From NCBI RefSeq assembly GCF_006345805.1, contig NC_043002.1, forward strand, positions 29,450,001-29,514,000: a stretch of DNA of 64,000 nucleotides. The letters are read 5' to 3'. Shown in pieces: positions 53,204-64,000 of the stretch (position 1 is its first letter; each line of letters opens with the position of its first letter). The stretch comes from Octopus sinensis (lineage: Eukaryota). The translations under genes were made by a program, and so were the position numbers. The notes under the pieces were generated by a model. The model had not been told where the DNA came from, made no database searches, and was given only the letters and a program-made list of their open reading frames with translations.

Positions 53204-54059
53204 AGTACATAAAAACATAGATTATGATTATTAAATAATATTTATCCGTCACCAGATGGAGTACTGTTTAATTGATCTTACCATCAAAGAACAGTACACT
53301 ACGTTTATATATAATACTATATACACTATATACATATATATATATACATAATTACATATATATACATATATCTATGTGCATTTGTATGAATGTTTGTATG
53401 TATGCGTGTACACAGGTATATATATATATATATACATACCCACAAACGTAGATACACACATATAGGCATGGATATCTATATGCGTGCCCGCACGTGTGTG
53501 TGTCAGATACATATGTGTAATGATAATAATCACATATATACATACAGATATATATATTTATATATGCATATATACATACATATATACATACATACATATA
53601 TACATACATACATATACATACATATATATATATATATACATACATACATACATACATACATGCATACATACATACATACATACATATATATATAATGATT
53701 ACATATTGCAATAAATACATCACAACAAAACTTCACAGATGACAATGTATGGAATTTTATTTCCATTATAGTAATAAAAAGTAATATAATAGAAATTTCA
53801 ACTTCAATAGAAACAATTACAAGAACAACATATATAACAAAACAAAAAAAAAAAAAAGAAAGAAAAAAGGTAAATCTCCAGTTTATTCGACTAAACATTC
53901 TTCATAAGTGTTCTGCTATTTGGCAATGCTGTAAATCTAATAAACGATTTTAATTGTCGTAAATTTTATCTCTTTATTTCAGGTTTTCGGCGGGAAGTTT
54001 TATTTGTTTGATGTTGATGTTGTTATTGTTAATGTTGTTGTTTTTGGTGGTGTCGATAT

Positions 54060-54103
<44 letters not shown>

Positions 54104-54671
54104 ATATATATATATTCTTTTTTTCTTTTTGATATTTCAGATGAAGATATATTTTTGCTCTTCTTTTTCGTACTATTCTCGTTGTCTTCGTTATTGCTTT
54201 TTACTGTACTTGCTGTTGATAGTTTTGTTGTTGTTGTTGCTGCTGCTTGTTGTGGCGGAGGCGACGGCGGAGGCGACGGCGGCGGCGGTGTTTCTGTTTA
54301 TGATTTTGTTTTCTCTTTAATTGAACTTAATTACAAAAATTTAAAAATCCATTGCCAAATCTCATTTGAAAGAAATTGTTAAGTGTCTATGTTGAAATTT
54401 CAGGCAGTTTTAGAAAATTTGAAGACACTGGGAGGTTGTGGAGGTTTACAGAGTATTATATGGTCATCAACTGGAGAGAGTAAGAGATGGAGGTATTAAG
54501 AGATAAAAGGGGCAAGAGACCTCTCTCTTTCTCTCTCTCCCTCTCTCTCTCTCTATATATATATGTGTGTGTCTGTGTGTGTATATATATATACATATAT
54601 ATATATATAAATATATATATACACACACATACATAGAGACACACACACATAAATATATATGTATATTTATT

Positions 54672-54735
<64 letters not shown>

Positions 54736-55344
54736 TGTGAGTGTGTGTGTGTCTACATGGTTGTGTACTTATATATATGAGAAAAAGAAAGTGAGAGCGA
54801 GAGGGAGCGAAAGTGTATGGCTGCAGCAGTGATAGAAGAAGCGACGTAGTGATGCAAGCAGAGGGGGAGACAGGAAGAAACGAAAGTGGATAAATGGACA
54901 GAGAGTGAATACGATGAATAATAGAATAAAATGGAAAGAGAGGACAAAACTAAGATACAGAAAGAAAGCGACGTGGTGGTGGTGGGGGGGAAAGAAGTGA
55001 GGAAAAGAATGTAAAGAAATAGTGGGGTGGGTAAGCGGTGTATGATTCCTCTCGATTTCGATATTACTTTAAGCATTTCTTTCAGAATAAAATTTTCTTA
55101 TTTGAAGTGTTTTAATAAATTGATTGACCTCAATCTTCGAACATGGGACGTTCAGTTAGTGTTTTCTGGGTTGCTAAAATTGAGGATACACTTGAAGAAT
55201 ATTATCGGTGCTTTCTCAGTTGTGATACTAATGCTATCTTTGATAATCTCTTTCAGCGCTGTACTGCAGAATGATTAAGTAATTAATTCTATTAGCAATC
55301 ACGAGATTTCGAGATCGATTCCACTGTATATTTTGAGCTAATCG

Positions 55345-55890
55345 GTCAAACTAAAGGGTTTGACTCGAGCAAAAAAAAAAAAAAAAAGGAAAAGATAGTT
55401 TAACGAGTGTAAAACAACTTGCTATAAACGAATATTAAAAATGCGCTTTTGGGAACGGGGTGGGGGAGAGGACTCGGAAAGTTCACATCAGACCATGACA
55501 TTTAAACTTTAGTGTTTGACCCAGGCTAAAAAAAAATTTTAATATTGTAATAGCAGTACAACAACATGTAATAAACGACTATGAAAAATAAATGCGCACT
55601 CGCGAATGGAGGGGTGGGCAGAGGACTCGGAAAATTCACATCGTCAGACCATGGCCTTTAAACTCTAGTGTTTGCCCCGAGCAAAAAAAAAATTTAGTAG
55701 TGTAAAAGATGTATGATAACCTGTAGTAAATGAATATGAAAAAAAGTGCACGCTCGCGAGCGGGGGTTCGAGGAGAGGACTCGGAAAATTCACATCGTCA
55801 GACCATGACCTTTAATCCCTAGTGTTTGACCCGAGCAAAAAAATAAAATTAAAAAATAATGTAATAGGTGTACAACAACGTCCATTAAAC
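55345..55890 (+). repeat. Tandem array of ~3.6 units of ~154 bp
   Basis: agaggactcggaaa recurs at 55467, 55620 and 55774. Each unit ends tgtttgacccgagc followed by an A-run. Confidence 0.9.
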
Positions 55891-56114
55891 TCCAGTGTTG
55901 CCCAAGGTGCCATGCAGTGGCACTGTACTCGGAACCGTGTGGTTGGATAGAATATCCATTTTCTTTAGGAAAAACATCGGATCGTGTAAATTATCTATGT
56001 CATAAACGAAGATGAAAACAAATATTTGCGCACGATTTTTTCACGATTCTGTCTTCTATATAATGGAAAAATTGCCGAAAATCTTAAAATCCTCTTTCTA
56101 CTGTTAATAGAATT

Positions 56115-56410
56115 ATGGTGCAATTCAAAAGCCAAGGAGAAGAATCAACAGATTCTCGTCCCGGCCAACCTGGACCCTCGGAGAGGAAACTTCGCTATTT
56201 GAAGCGAATTGTGGAAAACGAACCCCTTTCGAAGGCTTCTGACATTGCAAAACAGCTAGAAGTTAGTCCAAGAACGTGTGTTACATATCTGCATAAGCTT
56301 GGGTATTATGGACGAGCAGCTAGAAGAAAACCTCTCCTTCAACAGATTAATATCATGAAAAGAAAGAAATGAGGCGTTGGTTTGGCGAAAATGTAAGAAC
56401 GTGGAACCGG
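56115..56410 (+). mobile_element. Tc1-family transposase N-terminal fragment
   Basis: [57 protein letters not shown] matches the Tc1 second HTH and the ARKKPLL linker. No catalytic domain or TIR pair was found. Confidence 0.85.
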
Positions 56411-56772
56411 ATACCTTGCATTATTTGTGCCGGATGCTTTGTGGTATATTTTTTAGACTATTATAATCCGAGATCATATTTTACGAAGATAAACTATGCT
56501 TTTTATTCTTCGATAAAATGTACGAATCCAAGTTAGTGGAGGCTTGTGAAAATGGTTAGAACGGGAAACCGGGTGCCTAGCATTATTTGTCCTGCGTCAT
56601 TGAAATCCTTGTTCACATCTCCGGTGGTCTACGTGACTAGTGGGCAGACTCGGTCGCTAAGCTTAACACCCCAATTTGGTAACTAGGGCACTTTAAGCGA
56701 AGTCTGTTAAAAGCCAGATCACAAATTCGAGGATACCGTCCTCCGCCCTTCTCATGGGTCTTTCACTCCCAG

Positions 56773-56822
56773 AAGAGTATGATAAGCGCTGGAATTCCTA
56801 CCGACAAAAATACGAAAACAAG
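56773..56822 (+). CDS. Possible plus-strand 50-nt exon ((E)EYDKRWNSYRQKYENK)
   Basis: tctttcactcccag acceptor and AAG|gtattg donor with an open frame. It has little other support. Confidence 0.25.
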
Positions 56823-57471
56823 GTATTGTGTTGTCCATTATCAAAATAGTGTAGTTATACTTGACCCAAAGACAAAGATACGGGATTCAATGGAGATTGT
56901 TTTTCTTGAAAACCACATTTTACATTGAAAGTAAAATCGAGTGAGGACAGCAGATAAAAGAAACACCTATATTGTCTCCTTTGCTTGATTACAGTTTATT
57001 AAAGTTGTCGACTTTTATTAAAGGTGATTATATAATTATTTTTAACTAGTAATAACTAAGTTTCATTGTAATGTGCAATGTTAAATCTAAGAATATATTG
57101 AATACAGTCTCATCCGAGGTCATATAATACAAAACAGTATGTGTGTGAGTGCGTGCATGCGTGTATGTGCGCGCGCTTGTGAGTGTCTGTGCGTGTGTGT
57201 GTGCATATGCATATGTATATATATTGTAGCTTAAGGGATAAGATTTTGAAGACAGGTTCACGAGCATTTATGGTTCTTGATAGTAAACTATTGATACGTC
57301 AGAGATCTCCAGTGAGATGAGACATAAATAACATCGAAAGTATTATAGTTGTTTGAATATCTATATGCTTATTATCTATACATATATGTTTGTCGAATGT
57401 TATATTTATGTATACATCTCTCTTTGTATATATTTGTGTGTGCATAATTTACCTATATTTCTGCATGAATG

Positions 57472-57545
<74 letters not shown>

Positions 57546-58544
57546 GACCTGTCTGCCTGTCTGTCTGTCTGTCTGTTTATTTTTACATACTATTCTTGCC
57601 CCTCTTTCATATGCGCTGTTTTATTTACTTATATTTCATGAATATTCATGGAATAGATTACGGGCGTAAACATTAAAATGAAGACATGCGCTTGTGCTTA
57701 AAGGTGTAGATTTTGAAATGTATATTTACGTATGTGTTACCTATGCCTGTATGCATATATGAGAGTGTGTTATGTGGGCGTTTCTTGTAGGTAGTATACA
57801 TACATACATTCATACATACATAGGCATACATAGACACGCAGATATCTATATATCAATACCATAGTTTCACGTAAGTAACGTAGCAGATTTTAGAGAACCT
57901 CTGTGGATACGAAACAGATGCAGGAATTGAAAATTAAATACCTATCTATACGCAAACGTAGATTCACATATGCCCACATACACACATACATTCACTGACA
58001 CACACGCACGATCACACAGACACACACACTTACACACATACACAAACTTAGACATGCACACACGAACGCTCTCGCCCACACAAGACTTTGTGAATGTGTC
58101 TGAGATACGTAGTTTAGTTCTGTATAAATGTATGTAATTTAGTAAATACATTACCTCGTCCATCACATATGATTTGAATGTAAAATTTATTCTGTTTTCC
58201 ACGATGTTATTTACATTTAATCCCAATAGTTTTACTCTAACTACCTTAAACAATCAAATAGAAGGTAACAACGCACACTGGCATATAAATTTATTTAGAT
58301 TACATATTGATATTATATATTTATGTATAAATATATAATATATATGTTTGATAAACTCTGCTCTATTACTTTTCTTGTAGATGATGGATGGACTCAATGA
58401 ATCGATTTAAATGTAAATTTTATTGAAACGCTTCTGTTTAGCTTTCAGTAAGAGATAAGAGTCGGATGTAAGTTGCTTTGGGATGAAATAATATTTCTGT
58501 GAAATGGTAATAAACTGTATCAATTTCCCCTTTATCTATATGCA

Positions 58545-58681
<137 letters not shown>

Positions 58682-59255
58682 GTCTACCTATCTGTCTACC
58701 TACCTATCTATCTATCTATTTATCTCTGCATACACGTATGTTACAAGTTACAAAAGTGACTTAGAGGTCAAGAGTTTTGTGCACATGCATACATGCATGC
58801 ATACATACACTCACATACACATACACACACCCACACGCACATACATATATAGGTTTGTTTGTATGTATGTATTAGTGCAATGGTGTGTGTATCTTTATAG
58901 ATATGTGTGTGCCTGTGTGTGAGTATTTTTTTTGTTATCGAACATTCAATCCACACATCCTTCCATTTAACGATCTTCTCCTTTTATCTTCTGTCTACCC
59001 TCATACTCTCTCACTAATTCCATCTTCCACCCGTCCAAAAATGCGCCTACCCATCCGTCCATATATTCCCCTATGCTTCTGTCTATCCATCCGTCTATCA
59101 AACCCAACCATCTCTCCTACCTACCATTAAACAACGTACTTAGTTATCAATGTATTTATCCATTATCTATCAAGTCTTGAGCACCAATCACACATCAAGT
59201 GTTTAAAGAATGTGTTATACATTCTCCAAGAGCTACAAGTAAGAATCAAGCTCAC

Positions 59256-59292
59256 CATGTGGCATGTTGCGCTCTGTTTGTCACGCCGTAGT
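59256..59292 (-). CDS. 37-nt coding exon ((L)LRRDKQSATCHM)
   Basis: Very strong acceptor ttcttttctttttttttttag and donor ATG|gtgagc. Phase 2 to 0 fits both neighbours. Confidence 0.65.
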
Positions 59293-59885
59293 CTAAAAAA
59301 AAAAAGAAAAGAAGACGAACAAGGAACAGTAACAAAAAATAAATACTCAAAGCAAAAGACAAAATGCAGTAAGCATGTGGAACAAAGCATCCAAACTGCA
59401 ATCAGAGAGAATTGATATGTTTGGACGAGAGGCAGCAGCGTGTCTGTAGACGCTAGAGGTTTGGCATACGTTACAGAGATAAGTAATTCTGAAATCCCAA
59501 ATGTGAGAATGTCAAAAGAAACTGAGAAGATTTAAGAGAGAGAGAGAGAGAGAGTAGGAGGGAGAGAGAGAGAGAGAGAGGGAGAGAGAGAGAGAGAAAC
59601 AAAGAAACAGAAGGATGTGAATGAAGGCAGTGCTATGTGAGAGAGAGAGAGAGAGAGTGGGAGAGATAAAGAAGAGAGAGAGAGAGATTAAACATACATA
59701 TGAGACTTCTGCTTTGTTGCTCTTGTTGTTGCTATTATTTAGCCCCAGGTCAGCTATGATCCCATCGTTCTGTTCTTTTCTTACTTGCAGGAAACCCAGG
59801 ATCATCTTAGCCAACATACATATATATATTTTTTTTCTGAAACAGTTGGATATAATGCGAGGGTTATGTGGCTGTTATTTCTTAC

Positions 59886-59926
59886 AAGTCGAAGTCCCCT
59901 CGTTCGTTCAAAAGCCCAAATATTCC
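59886..59926 (-). CDS. 41-nt coding exon (GIFGLLNERGDFD-L)
   Basis: Acceptor ttgttgcttatgtacag and donor CTT|gtaaga. Phase 0 to 2, with a 593-nt intron to the next exon. Confidence 0.55.
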
Positions 59927-60615
59927 CTGTACATAAGCAACAACTTTCTCAGAATACTTTCTCTCTGTCTCTCTGTCTCTCTCTCTCTCTTTCTCTCTCT
60001 CTCTCATATTTATGTTTAATCAGTAAGAAATAGGAGCTAAATCTTCCGCATATCGGACTAGAACGTCTCACGAGTTGAAATGATTGTGTTTAACGTAGTC
60101 TTATATACAGGCGATACGGTGGGATAGTCATGACTGGTATGTCTTTCGTCAAACGATCAATTTCTCAAAGCTGTCAAGTGGTAAACCACACAACAAAATA
60201 ACTCCTTGTAGTCTCTTTCTTTCTCTCTTTCTTTCTTTCCTTCTTTCCTCCTTTCTTTCTTTCATTCCTCCTTTCTTTCTTTCTTTCTTTCTTTTACACT
60301 CTTCGTGTCACTGATTTCTTTACGTTTTTTCATTTTCATTCTAATCTTATTCTCCATGTTACGATATTTCTTCTTGAGAGAGAGAACGGAGAAGAAGGGA
60401 GAGAGAGAGACAGAGAGACAGAGAGAGAGAGAGAGACAGAGACAGACAGACAGACAGACGGATAGAAAACAGTGAAGGGGTGGAAAAAAGGGAATTAGAG
60501 AAAGATGAGCGAGAAAACAGTATAGGGAAGAGTCGCATCAAGAAGATAAATATAAACTTACTTGGAAATGGATGCGTAGTGTTCAATCAAATAATAATAT
60601 AAATATTATACATCG

Positions 60616-60790
60616 CAGGCGTGGCAGTGGGGTAAGGCGCTAGATTGCCAGCCACATAGCTCCGGGTTCAGTCGCACCGTGGGGTGACTTCGGCAAGTGT
60701 CTTCTACTTTCACCTCGGGCCGACTAACGCATTGTTAATGGATTTTGTAGACAAAAACTGAGAGAATTAAAAAATAAAAGAATAAAAGGA
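60616..60790 (+). mobile_element. Family B SINE 5' part
   Basis: gcaggcgtggcagtggggtaagg...tccgggttcagtc...ggcaagtgtcttctac...cctcgggccgac. Confidence 0.8.
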
Positions 60791-60856
60791 TATATATTTG
60801 AATATATGTATATATATATATATGCATATATATATATATATGCATATATATATATA

Positions 60857-60891
<35 letters not shown>

Positions 60892-60935
60892 ATATATATA
60901 TATATATATATATATGCATATAGATATATATATCT

Positions 60936-60968
<33 letters not shown>

Positions 60969-61427
60969 ACGTATATGTTTGTGTGCGTTCGTGTGTATAT
61001 ATATATATTCTTTCCTTCTTTCCTGAGCGTCCAATAATACTATACTTGTTCCACGTCTTCGCGTTGTTGTGTTTTCATGTTTGGATTAACTATATATATA
61101 TATACATATACATGCATATACACACTCACACATACATATGAATGCACACGCGCATACCATACATATTTACATATATATATTGTGTACTTATGTTTGTATC
61201 GGTATCTCTCTATGTATGTATATGTATATGTACGAACTTTTAAGTTTGCCGTATCTCCTGTCTCTCTATGTGTGCGCGCGCTTATGTATAATGTGCGGTG
61301 TGTGTATATATGTGCGTTTTTGTGTCCGCTTGTGTGTGCACTTGAACATGTATGTGTGCGTTGTTATTGTATATATGATTTCTTCTCGTTCGTCATCCTG
61401 TCAGCTCCATCTAGCACCAATTCATAC

Positions 61428-61450
61428 CATTTGCTCACTTGGAGGAAAAT
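61428..61450 (-). CDS. Candidate 23-nt microexon ((D)FPPSEQM)
   Basis: tgtcactttag acceptor and ATG|gtatga donor, phase 1 to 0. An internal alternative donor CAA|gtgagc would give a 12-nt exon. Confidence 0.45.
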
Positions 61451-61619
61451 CTAAAGTGACATTACATATAAATTAACAGAGCAACATGAGGAATTTAATA
61501 AAGAATTATCTAAAGATATTTCCTGTATCAATGCGAAATAATCTGTAATGTTATGACTTATTGATTGTAAACTGACATAATACTCGACATTCTATGCATT
61601 ACACACACACACACATAAC

Positions 61620-61668
<49 letters not shown>

Positions 61669-63242
61669 TAGATAGATATATATATATAAAGAGAGAGAGT
61701 GAGAGAGTGAGTGAGAGAAAGAAAGATAAAGACAGACAGACAGAGTTAGAGCTTGCCCTCGCGATTTTTATGGTTTTTCTTACAGTACTTCTAAGAAATT
61801 CAGAATTATTGTTATTCGTATTAACTTAACAGTTCTTTATACTACTTTATTTTCAAGTATAACGGTTTTCTCATCTTCCTCCCTCCCTTTTTCTGTCTGT
61901 TTATGCATACATACATACGTATATATATATATATATATACTAACTCATAGTTATATATGTTTAAATGCATTACAGACTCCTTCTTGCTTATATAGGTTTT
62001 CCAATTTCTCAACGTCAAAGATATTTAGAATTTTTGCTATTCGTATTAACTCTTCAGTTTTTCGCAATATTTTCTAGCATATGTCTACAATTGTGGTTTT
62101 CGTCACATAAAAGGGAAACGAACAGAAGTAATGATAAAGCAAATGCCTTGTTACTGCTCATAGGCCAAATCTGGTTAACAAGCATCAGTTCTGATTGAAC
62201 TTTTTGCTTTTTAGTGCAGTAGGTCTACGAGCGGTTGTATATGATAAGGAAACGTGGAAAATTTCGGATAACGTACCCAAGATGCTAGACACATTCCAAC
62301 AATGATGTCTAGTGAAGATAGAATTACAGGCGAGGAAATCCTACTCAAAACAATATGACGCTACGTTGAGTTTGCTTGTCAAGTTACATTTTATCCCTGA
62401 CAATGCTACGGTATGCAACGACTTCAATAACCCAGCTACTCGAAGAAAGAAAATGAGTTGAAGATCACTTGATACTGGACATTTTAGAAAGTCATCCGAT
62501 TCAAGAGGTCCAATTGGACAGAAGTGGTTAGATGTATTTTAATTGTTTGAGATCACGGAGGCATACATAAAAAGCCGTAAATCCCAACTGAAATATAATG
62601 CTTTTCTTTTTTATTTTGCCTCTTTTCTGCAAGGGAGGCAACTGTACTTGACTTGATTACAAGATCCGTCGTTTCGTCTAAAATTTTGTGGGGGATTCTT
62701 GATACTCTTTGTTCTGCGTTATGTCCGCAAAACGTAGTTTTAATGAAACAAAGGCGTGCTGTTTCAGATAAACACAATCAACACTAGTTGAAATCTTTAT
62801 ATTCAGATGTAGTTTCAGTTAGAGACACAATGCTCAGAGCTTGTATTGTGTTGCATGCTGTTAAGCATAATGAGAAGACTTTTTTTTGAAACACTGTTCA
62901 AAATGTAACTCGGGTGAGTTAAAGCCTCAAGTTTTTAACAGTAGCTACTGTAATGACTGTACGCTTTTATCTTTGCGACAATATCTAGTCATAAGATCTC
63001 TTCCTCCTTTGTCTTTCAAATAGGATATTAATCTTTATTCTGAATTTTAACGAATAGGTGTGGCGTGTATGTATGGCTTTGAATGTATTCTCTGTTAACC
63101 CGATACACGTTTTTACTGTATCATTTATTTTCGATTCAAAATATATCCTCTATAAGTTTTCTTTTGACTGGTATTTTCCATTCAATGGACACTAAGATGT
63201 GTCGATATAACTGAATTGGTGTCGGGTTACTTGTACGCTCAG

Positions 63243-63295
63243 ATTTTTAGCCAAAATTCGCACGTTACACAACCGAAATGGAAAGCAATTTCGAA
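63243..63295 (+). CDS. Possible plus-strand 53-nt exon (IFSQNSHVTQPKWKAIS)
   Basis: ttacttgtacgctcag acceptor and GAA|gtgagt donor. It is phase-compatible with 56773-56822. Confidence 0.2.
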
Positions 63296-63923
63296 GTGAG
63301 TTTAGATGCCATTCGAATGCGAAATGCCAGTTAAAGAAAGAGTACCCATAGGAGTTATATACTGCTAGTTATACTGATCCGTTAAAGCACCTTATTATGA
63401 ACATTGTTGTAACATTTAGCACCTGATGTAGTAATATACATAACATCATTTACAAAGAATATTACTAATATATGAGTGGGCATATGTTTGTTTTCTTTTT
63501 TGGTCGTGTGTGTGTGTACGCGCGGGCGCGTTTGTGTTTGTCTGTTCAATGAACAAATCTTATGTTTTAAGTATTGCCTCTCTTATGTGTATCAATAATA
63601 GTACACACTCAGCAGGACCGATTATGATCTGCAATGTTTATTTGCCTTGAGATATATCATAATAACAATGACATTAACAGTATGGAGAGAAGATAAGTGC
63701 CAGATCGACGTCATAGCAATGACAACTACGACAAATAGAACTACAACAACGACGACAACAACAACAACAGCAAAATCAACAACAACAATAATGAGAAAAT
63801 ATAGTAAAACAACTAGAAGAGAATCTTTGAAATTCCATAAAAGAGAATCGTAATTTCATACAGAAATCTCAGATCCTCATTTCTGCTCTTCTCTTCTGTC
63901 TCTACCTCTCTTTCCCTAATACG

Positions 63924-63957
<34 letters not shown>

Positions 63958-64000
63958 CATTCCCTCTCTTTACATGTATCTACGTCGTTCACTCCTGCTT

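Noticed and set aside
55345-55890. CRISPR-like repeat-spacer appearance of the tandem array
   Set aside because: The inter-repeat segments are homologous to each other rather than unique spacers, the context is eukaryotic, and there are no cas genes.

Overview
Eukaryotic, AT-rich, microsatellite-saturated DNA. The dispersed repeats resemble the tRNA-derived SINE families described from octopus (OK/OR1/OR2 type), so this is most likely an Octopus locus (inference, no database search run). Almost all ORFs in the supplied track are microsatellite translation artefacts. The window reads as mostly intronic. I find a frame-consistent chain of very small minus-strand exons (61450-61428, 59926-59886, 59292-59256, 45045-45032, 38601-38498) that translates to an RRM-like domain, and a second frame-consistent minus-strand exon trio running off the left edge (3982-3913, 169-129, 53-1). 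It is unclear whether these are one gene or two. The rest is transposon material: about 25 SINE copies, a full-length dead mariner, a Tc1 fragment, a CR1-type LINE RT fragment interrupted by (TTAGGG)n, an RTE 3' end, an (AAT)n-embedded element present as an inverted pair, a 675-bp foldback element with an 8-bp TSD, and several Penelope-like remnants carrying minimal hammerhead-ribozyme motifs. One Penelope-like unit has two divergent ribozyme motifs, and another forms a 315-bp near-perfect palindrome. All alignments were done by eye, and coordinates of degraded repeats are approximate.
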